From assembly GCF_009914755.1 (NCBI RefSeq), contig NC_060942.1: 64,000 bases of DNA; one strand, 5' to 3'. Numbering within the stretch: position 1 is the first letter of the stretch; each line of letters begins with the position of its first letter. Positions 15,452 through 38,311 of the stretch are shown in pieces. Under the pieces are notes generated by a model. That model made no database searches and had not been told where the DNA came from. It was given only the letters and a program-made list of their open reading frames with translations. Source of the DNA: the human T2T-CHM13v2.0 reference genome, Homo sapiens. The translations under genes were made by a program, and so were the position numbers.

Positions 15452-16165
15452 TGCTATGGTCTGAATGCTTATGTTCCCCCAAAATTCATATGTTGAAACC
15501 TTAAACCCTAAGGTGATGGTAGTACCTAGATTTGTGTCCCCACCCAAATCTCATGTGGAATTGTAATCCCCAGTGTTGGAGGTGGGGCCTGGTGGGAGGT
15601 GGTCGTATTATGGGGACAAATTTCCCCCTTTGGTGCTGTTCTCTTGATAGAATTCTCATGAGATTGGGTTGTTTTCTCTCTTCCTCCCACTCTGACCTAG
15701 TGAAGTGCTGACATCTCCTTCACCTCCTGCCATAATTGAAAGTTTCCTGAGGCCTGCCCAGAAGCCGAGCAGATGCCAGCATCATGCTTCCTGTACAGCC
15801 TGTGGAACCGTAAGCCAATTGAACCTCTTTTCTTTATAAATTACCCAGTCTCTGGTATTTCTTTATAGCAGTACAAGAATGGACTAATATAGGAGGTGAC
15901 TACATCATGAGGGTGGAGCCCTCATGAATGGGATTAGTGCCCTTATAAAAGAAACCCCAGAGAGCTAGCCAGCGCCTTCCACCATGTGAGGACAGAGCCA
16001 AAAGCCATCATCATCCATGAGAAATTGGGCCCTCACCAGACACCGAATCTGCCAGTGCCTTGATCCTGGAATTCCCAGCCTCCAGATTGTGAGAAAGAAA
16101 TTTCTGTTGTTTATAAGCTACTCATTTATGGTATTTTATTACAGCAGCCCAAAAGAATTAAGACA
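15452..16165 (+). mobile_element. MLT1A/MSTD-like LTR interrupted by an MSTA-like LTR (~15520-15891)
   Basis: Outer LTR 'tgctatggtctgaatg' to 'attaagaca'; inner LTR 'tgtgtccccacccaaatctcatg' to 'gaatggactaatata'. Confidence 0.8.
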
Positions 16166-19100
16166 CTGGGCGATGAAAATATCTCTTCCTTGGAGAGGTA
16201 CAGCTTTCTCAGCCCACTTCCTACTCTTAGATGATTGGAGTCCCAAAGTCATTTTAAATTTTAAACAATCACCATATTTTTTAGTCCAGACTGATTGATA
16301 CTTCTTTTGTCAATGCCACTCTTGTCAAAAACATAGCTTCTTGTGTATTTTATTCTAGCCAGCTCTATATGGCAGTAACCATAGTTCAATCTGAGATACA
16401 ATTCTCATATTGACTTTTTTTTTTTTTGGCTTTTATGTTCTCACCCCTCTCTTTATCACTTTAATTTCAATTTCCTGAAGCTTTCAGGCTTCAATGAGAG
16501 AACCACATACACAATCTCTTTTCCCTGAGTCATTTTCTGCAAGTGAAAGCAGTTTTTTGGACATCATATCAGTAATTGGACTGTTACTCAGAAACATCTG
16601 TATTCACAGGTTTCAACAGTAAGTGTGATGACTGCATCCTTACTGTGCTTTTTGATGCAAGGTTGACTTTCAGTTGGTCCCTGCTCCTGAAGTTTTTCTC
16701 CGTTTTATAATTTTCTATTTAGAACGGAGTCTTCCTTCAGGCTTATAAGTCCCTGAACTCTGTTTGCTGACATTCCTGCTTGAATATGAGCCAATTTCTT
16801 TTTGAGCTTACCTCTTTCTTGTAACATCTTGCCAAAAACAGCCATCACCGAAGCACATACTATTATACTAACAATAATCTTCTCTCTCAATCTCTTCTCC
16901 TAGAGGCAAAAGCTTATCAGGAGAATAATCTACATCCTAAATTACTGCATGCACAGTTTCCTGCCTCTCACTACCAGGACCTTAAGCCAATATAATTTAT
17001 TTTAGATCTTTAGTTAAAGCCACAGCCCACTTCTATGTACCAATTTCTGTGTTATTCAGCATATGCAGGGTTACATTGCAGGAAAAAAAATTCAACATCT
17101 TAGTGGCCTAGAACAAATTATTATTTGTTGCCTGTGTCCATTTCAGGTCAGCAGAGGACACTTTTTACTGTTACCCTCACTTAAAGATCCATGTGAATGG
17201 AGTTTCTGTGAACTGGAACATCCCCAGTTGCCACGGAAATGGAAAGGAACATGGAAAGTTGTGCATCTGCCCAAAGACAATCATTTCTGCTCACATGGTA
17301 TTGGCTAGAACAAGTCACATGGCCAACCCTAACTTCAAATTGGCAAAGCAGTGAAATTTTTCCACCTCCTGAGCTATAGGAGAATTGGAAGTATTGTTAA
17401 ATAGCACTAATGACTCCCCCAACACCCATTTACTAAAAATATAAGTATGTTTACAGCTTTTGCTCAATACACATTGTTTATGTTGCACTTAAGTCTCTTG
17501 GACTTACAGAGCCTGCAAACTTTTACAGCCTTTCTGTTTCTACAGGAAATCGAAGAGACTGAAATTTAATTCTCATGGCTCCCAGTTTCAAGTGGGTGTC
17601 ATAGGCATTGTTGACATATTAAAGAGAAAACAGCTAAAATGGAGAGAAATGATCATAAGTAGATACTGGAATGAGGCAACTGAGTGTGTGAATTCTCTAT
17701 TTGCCTAATGTCATAGGTATGTATTTGCTTGTACATGGGCATGTGTCTCCTTTTTTAACCAAGTAGATTCTTTTTCTAAGTGCCAAAGCAAATGTGACCA
17801 TTAGTGATTTTAATTGTCTTAAGTATTTAAGGCAAATCTACCAAGAATATGGAATACAATATGACCCAAGTCTAATTTTTTCATTGGTTGTCTGGTTACT
17901 CAATAAATATTTCATCTATTGAGTAATCCCATGTTCCAGAGAAATATTGTGGCCACAGAAGAAACAACAATAAGCCAGATTAAAAAAAAAAAAGTTTCCA
18001 TTCCAAACCCATTTGGCCACAGTCACAGAAACTCGGTCAGAAAGCTGGAACTGCTTCTCTAAGGTTGATGCTGGAACTGATAGCTAGGCACTATTTATAA
18101 ACTTTGGGAATGTTTTCTAAATAAAGTGTTTAACCATGCTTTTGGAAAGTAAGTGTCTTCATTCATTTTGTTGTCCAAGCTCTCTTTGATCCATTAATTT
18201 CACTTTTCCTTTGATTTTTCCAAACACTGAAAAGAGAAAGTTCATTTTTTCTTATGGTGAGCAGCAAATAATTTGCTCATGATCAAGAGACCTTGTGAAG
18301 ACATCAACGTGATGTTTTTCTTGGTGCTAAGCTGTTCTGTGGAACAAAGGAGTTGCCAAAAATGCCCGCTTCACATAGATGCATAGGACAAAAGTTTCCT
18401 AATCATAGCAGAGCCAGTCCAATTCAGGGTGGGGAGGAAGGAAAGATGCTCCCAGGAGCCTCAGCATCCTCTTTAGAGTCCTTCCTGGATCCCCCATGGT
18501 AAGTCTTTCTGCTAAGTCAGGGCTCCAGTGAACAGGGACATACCAGGGTAGGGCAGGGGCTTCTGCCTGCCAGCTTTAAGAGATTTTAGTTATGTCAATC
18601 TTTTTGAAAACTAATATTCAGGAAAGAAGTAGGCAGGCTCTTTGGGGGGTCCCTAGGTCCATGCAGGCTCAGTAGGGTGGAGAATCAACAAGTACTCAGC
18701 TGGTAGGTGAGGGGGCCAAACCAGAAAATAATTGGTGGAAGGTGAGAGTGGCTGAGGCTGGTCCAGGAGTACCCACTGGGACTCCTCATTGGGGCAGACA
18801 GGGAGAAGCAGGCTTCACAAGCCTTACTGCAAACAAGTGAAGCTGAGTGGGAACCAAACAAGATCAGTTCATGGTGACAGACCCCAACCAAGGTTTCTTC
18901 CTGCGAGGCCAATTACAGCAACAGAGGCTGATGGTCAAAGGCTACACTCTACCAAAGCTCCTTGGACTCCCTGGTAAGCCTGGCTGGAGGACATCTTTCC
19001 CCAGTCCTAACAGGGTGCAAATATTTAAGGCCCCTCATATGAGAACAAAGTCTTTCTTGCTCAGCTGGAGAAATAACATCATGCCATTTGCTCCAAGGTT

Positions 19101-19721
19101 CCTCTGAGCCTGACATGGGTAAACAGCAGCTCCTGTAGTCCTTGAAGGGAGAAGGACAGACAGCCCCAAAGAGCTGTTTCCCAAGAGGCAGTGCATGTGT
19201 GCCTAGAACCCTAGGTGGCTTTCGGTAGTCCAGAGAGAGCCTGGCAGTGGTCACTGGAGGGAACTGGGTGGCTAGGGAAAAGCAGGAGGCAGGAAGGAAG
19301 GGACAGCAGATGGGGCAGAGCCAGCTCAGAGGCATTAAGATTCATTCTCTGTCCCCATGACCCTGAGAAACCCCTCTCCAGGCCAATCTACACACATCCC
19401 TGTGACCCAACTTTATAGGTCAGTCAGTGACCAAGCCAAGAGATCTCTGAGACCAGGTACTCAAGCATGGGTAGTGATCTCTGGGTAAGAGTGGAACCCC
19501 TGAGCTTGTGTGTGAGGAGAACTTGGACTTCCTTCCCTCCCTCACCCCCTACTCCACTACCTAGGACCACACAGGGAGCCTGGGACCTGGTTCTCTGGAT
19601 TAAGGAGGGGATGTGGCCACCAATTCCTGTTCAGCCCCCACTGAGGCAGTGGAGCTCTGCAATTAAGAGTGAGGCTGTGATTCACAGAAAATAAGGAATA
19701 TTCTGGATAGAAAAGTGGAGC

Positions 19722-20021
<300 letters not shown>

Positions 20022-21010
20022 GATCCGTTCCAAGATGGCTGAATAGGAACAGCTCTGGTCTGCGGCTTCCAGCGTGATCAACGCAGAAGACAGGTGATTT
20101 CTGCATTTCCAACTGAGGTACCTGGTTCATCTCAATGGGACTGGTTGGACAGTGGGTGCAGCCCACAGATGGTGAGCCGAAGCAGAGTGGGGCATCATCT
20201 CACCCAGGAAGCGCAAGGGGTTGGGGGAGTTCCCTTTCCTAGCCAAGGGAAGCTGTGACAGACTGTACCTGGAAAAACAGGACACTCCCTCCCAACTACT
20301 TGCTTTTCCCATGGTCTTAGCAACCGGCAGACCAGGAGATTCCCTCCCGTGCCTGGCTCTGCAGGTTCCATGCCCACAGAGCCTTGCTCACTGCTAGCGC
20401 AGCAGTCTGAGATCGACCTGTGAGGCAGCAGCCTGGTGGAGGGAGGGGTGTCTGCCATTGCGGAGGCTTGAGTAGGTAAAGTGGCTGGGAAGCTCGAACT
20501 GGGCAGAGCCTACCACAGCTCAGCAAGGCCTACTGCCTCTATAGACTCCACCTCTGTAGGCAGGGCATAGCTGAACAAAAGATAGCAGAAACTTCTGCAG
20601 ACTTAAACGACCCTGACAGCTCTGAAGAGAGCAGTGGTTCTCCCTGCATGGCGTTTGAGCTCTGAGAACAGACAGACTGCCTCCTCAAGTGGGTCCCTGA
20701 CCCCTGTGTAGCATAATTGGGAGACACCTCCCAGTAGGGACCAACAGACACCTCATACAGGTGGGTGCCCCTCTGGGGCTTCCAGAGGAAGGATCAGGCA
20801 GCAATATTTGCTGGTGATACCCAGGCAAACAGGGTCTGGAGTGGACCTCCAGCAAGCTCCAACAGATCTGCAGCTGAGGGACCTGACTGTTAGAAGGAAA
20901 ACTAACAAACATCAAGGAATAGCATCAACATCAACAAAAAGGACATCCACACCAAAACTCCATCTGTAGGTCACCAACATCAAAGACCAAAGGTAGATAA
21001 AACCACAAAG

Positions 21011-22032
21011 ATGGGGGGAAACCAGAGCAGAAAAGCTGAAAATTCTAAAAACCAGAGCACCTCTTCTCCTCCAAAGGATCACAGCTCCTCGCCAGTGACA
21101 GAACAAAGCTGGAGGAAGAATGACTTTGATGAGTTGACAGAAGTAGGCTTCAGAAGGTTGGTAATAAACTTCTCCGAGCTAAAGGAGAATGTTCTAACCC
21201 ATCGCAAGGAAGCTAAAAACCTTGAAAAAAGGTTAGAAGAATGACTAACTAGAGTAAACAGTATAGAGAAGACCTTAAATGACCTGATGGAGCTGAAAAC
21301 CATGGCACAAGAACTTCATGACACATGCACAGACTTCAATAGCTGATTTGATCAAGTGGAAGAAAGGATATCAGTGATTGAAGATCAAATTAATGAAATA
21401 AAGCAAGAAAACAAGGTTAGAGAAAAAAGAGTAAAAAGAAATGAATAAAGCCTCCAAGAAATATGGGAGTATGTGAAAAGACCAAATCTATGTTGATTTG
21501 GTGTACCTGAAAGTGATGGGGAGAATGGAACCAAGCTGGAAAACACTCTTCAGGATATCATCTAGGAGAAGTTCCCCAACCTAGCAAGGCAGGCCAACAT
21601 TCAAGTTCAGAAATACGGAAAACACCACAAAGATACTCCTTGACAAGAGCGACCCCAAGACACATAATTGTCAGATTCACCAAGGAGGAAATGAAGGAAA
21701 AAATGTTAAGGGCAGCCAGAGAGAAAGGTAGGGTTACCCACAAAGGGAATCGCATCAGACTAACAGCGGATTTCTCAGCAGAAACCTTACAAGCCAGAAG
21801 AGAATGGGGGCCAATATTCAACATTCTTAAAGAAAATAATTTTCAGCGCAGAATTTCATATCCACCCAAACTAAGCTTCATAAGTGAAGGAGAAATAAAA
21901 TCCTTTACAGACAAGCAAATGCTGAGAGATTTTGTCACCACCAAGCCTGCCTTACAAGAGCTCCTGAAGGAAGCACTAAACATGGAAAGGAACTACCAGT
22001 AACAGCCACTGCAAAAACATTACAAATTGTAA
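21011..22032 (+). pseudogene. L1 ORF1p (RNA-binding chaperone), interrupted by stops and frameshifts
   Basis: Starts MGGNQSRKAENSKNQS; premature TGA at 21242-21244; C-terminal piece RATPRHIIVRFTK...LQELLKEALNME. Confidence 0.92.
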
Positions 22033-22095
22033 AGACCGTCGATGCTAGGAAGAAACTGCATCAACTAACAAGCAAAATAACCAGCTAACATCATA

Positions 22096-25890
<3,795 letters not shown>

Positions 25891-26175
25891 ACAACGAGAA
25901 TGCTTGGACACAGGGCGGGAAACATCACACATCGGGGCCTTTCAGGGGGTGGGGGGTCTGGGGGAGGGATAGCATTAGGAGAAATACCTAATGTAAATGA
26001 CAAGTGTATGGGTGCAGCGAATCAACATGGCACATGTATACATATGTAACAAACCTGCACGTTGTGCACATGTACCCTAGAACTTAAAGAATAATAATAA
26101 TAAAAAAAGAAAACCTAAAAAAAAAAAAAAGAAAAGTCAGGGAAGGCTATTTTTCAAAAATATTCATATTGTACA

Positions 26176-26555
26176 GTTGATTGGATAAAGAAAATGTGGT
26201 ATATAGACATCATGGAATATACCATGCAACCATACAAAAGAATGAAACCATATCCTTTGCAGCAACATGGATGGAGCTGGAGGCTGTTATCCGAAGTGAA
26301 ACAACTCAGAAAATCAAATACTGCATGGGCGCTAAACAATGGGTACACATGGACATCAAGATGAAAATAATAGATACTCAAGACTTCAAAATTGGGGAGG
26401 TCGCTAGGGGTGTAAGGGATGAAAAATCGCCTATTGGGTACAATGTTCATTATTTGGTTGATGGGTTCACTGGAAGCCCAAACCTGACTATTACGTAATA
26501 TATGCAGGTAACAAACCTGTACATGTATCCCCTGAATCTAAAATAAAATTTAAAA
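26176..26555 (+). mobile_element. L1PB-like 3' fragment
   Basis: 'ggataaagaaaatgtggtata', 'aacaatgggtacacatggacat', 'aacaaacctgtacatgtatcccctgaatctaaaataaaa'. Confidence 0.85.
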
Positions 26556-27242
26556 TGTCAATGTTGTAAAAGACAGAGAAATGTTCCAGGTTAAAGGAAG
26601 CTAAAGAGCCATGGCAAATAAAACCAATACCTGACCCTAGACTGGAGTCTATGCTGGGGGGCAAGGATGTGCGGCACACAAGGATGTTCTACAGGAAATT
26701 ATTAGGTCAAAACTGACGGAAATGTAATATGGACTGTAGATTAGGTAAAAGTATTGCATCCATGGAAATATATGAAATTGATAACTTTACTATGGATATG
26801 AACCAATAGTCTCTTATGTAAAAGACTATTCCTACTCCATATGGATATCTGATAGATAGATAGATAGATATGATATATACATGTATGTATGAGGTATCTA
26901 CATCCCCTTTGAGAGGAAAAGCAGACACCATAATTATGCCAGGACAATAGGTGCAAACCAGGACAGTCCTGGGCAAATCATACCTTGAGTCACTGGTGTC
27001 CTTGGCTAGGACAGTTTTGGTGGCGTATTGAGTGCAAAGCCCAGTGTGTGTGGGTTCAGGAAAGAATGGAAGGAGGAAAAGTGAAAACAGTGAGTATGAA
27101 CAACTGTTTCAAGAAGGTTTCTTAATGGAAAAAAAAATGAGAGAAGTTGGCAGAGGCAGGAGGCAAAGTGAGGTCCAGAGACGGAGTTTTTAAGACGGGA
27201 GAACTAGGAGTGTGTGTGACAGGGAGGAAATGAAGTCAGGAG

Positions 27243-29218
<1,976 letters not shown>

Positions 29219-29538
29219 TCTTCTCATCTCTGTAAATCAACAGGGATGGAAAACAAACCTATACTGCCACCCAAAAGACAAAAGAATTTAGAGTTTAGTA
29301 AAAGCGGCATTTTAAATGGGGAAAAGGTACATTATTGAATGAATGATGTCAGAACAATTCAGCACATGAGAAATAAAGTGACAACACTACAAATTCCAGA
29401 CTGATCAAATATTTAAGTTGAAAAGCTTATCCAAGAAAGTACTCCAATAAACTACACAATAGTTTTGTTTTACAACCTCAGAAAAGGAAAGTCCTTTCTA
29501 AGCATAACAGGAAAACCTAAACTATAACAACATTTTGT

Positions 29539-29830
29539 GGCCAGGTGCGGTGGCTCACGCCTGTAATCCCAGCACTTTGGGAGGCTGAGGCTGGTGGATC
29601 ATGAGGTCAAGAGATCAAGAACATCCTGGCCAACATGCTGAAACCCTGTCTCTACGAAAAATACAAAAAAAATTATCTGGGCGTAGTGGTTCACGCCTGT
29701 AGTCCCTGCTACTTGGGAGACTGAGGCAGGAGAATGGCTTGAACGGGGAGGCAGAGGATGCAGTGAGCCAAGATCTCACCACTGCACTTCAGCCTGGCGA
29801 CAGAGTGAGACTCCATCTCAAAAAAAAAAA
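29539..29830 (+). mobile_element. AluSc-like
   Basis: 'ggatcatgaggtcaagagatc', 'agcctggcgacagag'. Confidence 0.88.
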
Positions 29831-29849
29831 GAACATTAAAAGAACATTT

Positions 29850-30927
<1,078 letters not shown>

Positions 30928-30943
30928 TCAAGCATTTGGTTTA

Positions 30944-31275
30944 CCATTGACCCTTGAATAATAACAGGTTTGAGCTGCAAGGATCCCCTTACACACAGAT
31001 TTTTCCCCCACCTCTGCCACCCCTGAGACCAACGCCTCCTCTTCTTGCTCCTCAATTTTCTTAACATTTTTTCTCTAGCTTACTTTATTGTAATAATCTA
31101 GTATATAATACACATAAAAATATGTGTTAATTGACCGTTATATTATCAGTAAGGCTTCCCGTCAAAAGTAGGCTATTACTAGTTAAGTTTTTGGTGAACC
31201 AAAATCTATACCTGAATTTTTGACTGCATGGGGGGTTGGCATCCCTAACACCCCACTCTGTTCAAGGGTCAACTG
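30944..31275. mobile_element. Tigger2a-like MITE (TcMar-Tigger)
   Basis: Inverted termini 'ccattgacccttgaa' and 'ttcaagggtcaactg', flanked by TA dinucleotides. Confidence 0.85.
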
Positions 31276-31294
31276 TATTTATATTTATATTTAA

Positions 31295-31477
<183 letters not shown>

Positions 31478-32119
31478 TAAATAGGAAATTTTACTAATTT
31501 TTCCCTAGCGGAGTACACTTAATGAATTCTTCAATTTTGAATCATCACCATCACTTGGCGAGAGCATACAACTAATTTCATGTTCATAACCTTTTGAATG
31601 AGAAATTGATCTCTTGAAAAATGAATTTATACTAGCCTTAGTGGTCTCACACACCAGTGTGTCTTATTTTTCTCCTATTAGGCCTGCCCTCTACTCCCCT
31701 CACCATCACACACACATAACAGAAACCTGAATCTTCAGATATCTTTAACCCATCAATGGCCACGTCACATCTCCACAGGAACCTCACTAGATTCTCCAGA
31801 TCTCACCTTAGACTCTATCCAGAAATCAAGGTGGTGCTTTTTGTTGTTTTTTTGTTTTTTTTATTTTGTCTTTGGATCGTTAGGGGTATCAAGAGCCTTT
31901 AGCTCAAAGCTGGTCCCAGCTGGTCCACTAGATGTCACTGTCTTGTAAATTAATAGTGCTTTACCTACAAACTCCATCCCTGACATGGCACTGAAGGGAC
32001 ACCAGGCTAGTTCCAAAGAGCAAAGTATTAGTCCGTGTTACGCACACGTCCACTCTTAGGGGAGGGACAGGAAGAGGCAGGCTGTCAGAAGTCTGGCAGG
32101 AAGGGAGGGCTCTGAACAT

Positions 32120-32385
32120 TGAAAGAATGCTGGGGATGGGAATCTGAGTTGATCATGCAGTGTGTGGTGAAATGTACCTGAATGAAGAAGGGAGTGAGAC
32201 AGGCGAAGACCCTGAACGAAGAGCATGCCAGGAAGAGGAACAGCAGGTGCAAAGACCCAGAGGCTGAGCGAGCCAGAGTCCGGTGGGGAGGAGGCTAAAA
32301 AGACAGGCCTCACGGGGACTTGCAGGGCTTGGTAAAGTGTGCCCATTTCATTCTGAACGAAATGGGAAAACATTGGAAGAATCTG
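32120..32385 (-). mobile_element. L2 fragment
   Basis: 'ccaggaagaggaacagcaggtgcaaagacccagagg' is typical of the L2 3' region. Confidence 0.6.
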
Positions 32386-32399
32386 TGATTTTTGGCTTT

Positions 32400-33120
<721 letters not shown>

Positions 33121-33949
33121 TTTGAGGTTTGAAAACACTGGTAGATGGCAGGAAACCTGCAAACTGCCATCCTCAGAAGCGGAGTCTGTAGGTTAAGTAT
33201 ATGCATTTGACCATTCAGCCACCCCTACCCCCAAAGGGGAAAAGGACCTCAGTAAGGAGGTCACAAATCTAAAATCGTGATCCTTACAGCACTCATTTTT
33301 ACAGCATTTCTGTTAATATTTGTGCTAATTTTTTTCATCCCCAAAGCAGTTTCTGTTGTTTCTGTATCTCTAGAAAACTTTCAAAAGAATATTCAACTAT
33401 CCACTTGCAAAGACTTAGATAGCTGCTTCTTATCTCAGGGGATGACAGTCACCCTTTGATAATGTGATTTTTAAAAACCTTTGCTCAAATACGGTCACAG
33501 TCTCAAATTTCCTCACAACTGACCTTCCCAAACAGCACTGGCTTTCATGCAAGAAAACCATCCTTAACATGTAATCCTTGTGCTTAAAATGCCAACTCAA
33601 AAATGTGACAAGAGATTAAGCTCTGAGTAAACAGTGGGAATAAATCGCACTAGTTTGGAGCACACATTTTGTCTGTTTATTAATATGAATGTTGGGAGTT
33701 ATGGGAAATATAACAAGTGACAAAGATGGTTTGGGCCGAAATGGCCATTCTTCACCACCCATTGGTCAACAAGCATTTTTATGAACACCTATTATAGGCA
33801 AGATGTTGTGCTAAGTGCTGTGAATATAAAAATAAACATGATATCTACTTCCAAGTTTGCACCTTTATACTAGAGGACCTTGGCAAGTTTCAGGGAAGCT
33901 CAAAAAAGAGAATGATATTCAATTTTATTTTATTTAAAAGTTTAATTAT

Positions 33950-34555
<606 letters not shown>

Positions 34556-35879
34556 TTAGAAATTTTATGAAAAATTAAAGCAAATCCAGAAAAATTATGG
34601 TAGTGCAAAAGGGATTCTTATTAAGAGAAGTCTAGAGAAATTGAGGTTATATTGCCTAGAGAGGGCAATAATTAATTATGGCCTTAAAGTGTATAAAAGA
34701 ATGCTTCATGAGAAGAGTTATTGCTTAGTTTCTCTCCAGCTTCACTGAGATATAACAGAAGAAATTAGTTAAAATTTTAAAGAAGACTTTTTAATTAACC
34801 AGTTGGATCTCTTGATCTTGGAAAATCAAACCCAGAAATGAGCCACCACAGGTTTCTGAGATTTCTGTTTCTAGAGCGTCTTCAAAAGAGTACACAACTA
34901 TCTCCTCCTAAAGCCTTGGAGATCTGCTTCTCACCTGAGTAGATGGCAACCACCATTGCTGCTGCTGATGAAATGGCAATAGAAGCCCATTACCCAGCCC
35001 AGTGTTCCCACCAGGGCTCCTGTAGTACCTGAGATTCTCACATTAGCCAGTCCTTTCAGATTAAGGCATTCAAGGTATCAATTAAAATGTAAATGTATCT
35101 GATGAGGTGACACATTCCACTATTATGAGCCATGAACACCTCATCTCGTTATCAAATGGGTAAGTCACCTATCAGTGACCCCTAGTTAATAAGAGACAAA
35201 ACAAGCGCCTTTTGATGGTAGAGAAGAAGTTGGGAAAATCCTGGGACTTGAGAAAATCTGAATTTAGATGGTAGTGAAGGAACTAAAGAAACTTCGAGTT
35301 TTTCTGGGGAGGAAAGGTCGAGGTGGGTTGCCACTGTTAGTGGCCTCACCTAGGGATCCAGGTGACAGAGCACTGAGCATTTGGGCTTGGCTTCTTGCAT
35401 CATGTACTTTCTGTTCTTCTCTCCTTCCCTCCCCTGCCTCCCCTCCACTCCCCTTCCTTGTGCAATTATTTCTGGAATTATCACCAGGCACTTCGCTAAG
35501 TGCTAAAGGCACCGTCCTAGGTTCTGCACAGGCCTTGAACACATTTTAGCTCCATTGAGTTTCCCAAAGGAGAATGCTGTTATTCGTGTACTGCACAGAA
35601 TTAAGTTGATTCCCTCACCTCTTTTTGTTCACGAGGACTGTCAGTCCTAGACCAAAGAGCACGTTTCAGGAAAAGCCTTCATTCCCAAGCCTCATCTCCA
35701 CCAGCAGCAGCAGCAGCAACATAGACAGCCAACAGCCCTGAGGCCTGTGGGCCTTAGAAACCAAACCCATGTGATCCTTGCCAGGCCAACACTTACCCTG
35801 CCATTCATGTTCACTTTGTCTGATTCACTCTGTCATATTTTATTTTTTAGCCCAAAGAGTCTGTTGGTTCTTTCCATTA

Positions 35880-36281
<402 letters not shown>

Positions 36282-37686
36282 TTAACTTAGAAAGCTCAAT
36301 TCACTTAGCCATTCAATTTGTATTTTTTCTAAAGTTTAATGACATAGCATTGTACTTAAAATATTAAAATCACTTTAGTAAGTATTAGAAACAACAGTTT
36401 AAATGTATATAGCAAAATATAAAGGATTAGACAGAAATATTTACAATTGGGAAATTTTCCTCTCCAATCCCTAATTGCTATAATTTGTTCACACCACAGA
36501 CTTTTACTGAATGACTACTTTGCGCAGGCTTGGTGCTAGGTATTCAGCATATACGGCAAACAAAATTACTGCCAAGTACAGCTCTCCTTTTCTCCACCCA
36601 CAGTCTTCACCGAGTGTGAATAAAACCAGACCCTGGAGAAAAATGGGTTGTATTTTAAAGATTCCGTTTTAAAGTTTTATATGGGACACCCACAACCTAA
36701 TTTCCCCTAGGAAGAGTGCTATCAGGGGCAGTCAGATTTCAGTGCTGCCTGCCAACGTGATGTATGAGTCAGCTTCAAGTACGATCCTGAGGGATCCGCC
36801 TTAACTCCCTCCAACCACAATCACATCAGTTTCAAAGAACACTTTTCAACCTAGGAGGAGAGGAACACAACTGTCCCCGGATCCCCGTACAAAGCAGAGA
36901 AGCCAGAGTGCCGGGTGAGGCAGATACTCCAGGGGACAACAAAATGTTCCGCTGTCTCCACTGGCATGAGAGAAGGCGTCTCTTAAAGTAAACAGACCTC
37001 AGATGTTCCCAATTGTAGATCAAAAGGCAGCTGAACCCATGGGTTGGGGAGAAGTGTGAGATCATCGCTCCAGGACTGGAAGTCAAAAAGCCTCTCATGC
37101 AAATGCATGGCACTCGGCTTGAGGCAACCCCAGCAACCACAAGTCTTGAGGTTTGGGGCCATGCTGGGCTAGGTGTGCATCCTTAGTACTTCATTCCCCA
37201 GTGAGCATCCCCACCACTGCCACGGAGGCCTGTATCTTTCTTTAATGAGTTTTGTTCTCCCTTGTCTCAATCATACTTGATCTTCTATGCACTGATTGAA
37301 AGATTAAGAAACCACCTCATTGAATCTCCACTGGCATTTTCCCAGATGCCCGGGGCAGTTTAGCATCACATTTACACCAGGCACCATGCCCTTTGTCCCC
37401 TCTGGTCAAGCTGGCAACAGGAACTAGTTCAGGTATTTTCTCTATATATGTTTTCCTGAGTCTTTTTCTCCATCTTTTTTCCTGCCTGTTCTCCCCCAAC
37501 CCCCACCTCTTGGTTGGAATCAGCTCCTCCCTCCTGTCTATCAGCCTTGCTAATACCACTGCTGAGGACACCCGACACTCCCATGCTTGCTTATATGTTT
37601 GAGTCTCCCCTGAGATTATACATTCATTGAGAGCTAGCACATTGGCTTACTCACCTTTGATGCTCCAGTCAAATATAGTAGGAGGA

Positions 37687-37795
37687 TCAGGTCGTGGTGA
37701 CATGCTTGCAACCCCAGCTACTTGGGAGGCTGAGGCAGGAGGATCACTTGAGCCCAGGAGTTTGAGACCAGGCTGGGCAACATGGGGAGACCCTG

Positions 37796-37847
<52 letters not shown>
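37687..37847 (+). repeat. FLAM-like Alu monomer followed by (CA)~23
   Basis: Monomer 37687-37800; CA tract 37801-37847. Confidence 0.85.
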
Positions 37848-37849
<2 letters not shown>

Positions 37850-38311
37850 TTGTAGGCACTCAACAAATGTTTGATAATGAGTGAACATATCTACTAGCAT
37901 GGTTAACCTATCACCACATCAGTTTCAACTCCAAATTTCTCCCTTCCCCTCCATGTCAGCAGTGTGTATAATTTGACGTGAGTTATATTCAGTTCTTTGT
38001 CTACCTCTAAAAACATAAATAAATAATGCTATTCTCTGATACAGAATAGCTTCCCTACAATTTGGAATTATTGTATTAGGCTTATAATTAATCCTATTTA
38101 TTATATTATTTAATTATATTAACTATAACATAATTAAAAATAGATTTAAAGAAAAGTCTAAAGGGCATAAAGAAGATAGAAATTGATTTCTCCAGTAATT
38201 TTAATTTTATTTTTTTTGGAGACAGGGTCTCAGTCTGCTGCCCAGGCTGGAGTGCAGTGGTGAGGTCATAGTTCACTGCAGCCTCAATCTCCTGTGCTCA
38301 AGTGATCCTTC

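Noticed and set aside
18685-19694. Cluster of 60-130 aa ORFs in unique, more GC-rich sequence, with a donor-like 'ctg|gtaagc' near 18974
   Set aside because: No recognisable protein similarity or consistent exon chain; overlapping ORFs on both strands fit chance
35702-35718. (CAG)5 tract
   Set aside because: Too short and not in a credible ORF
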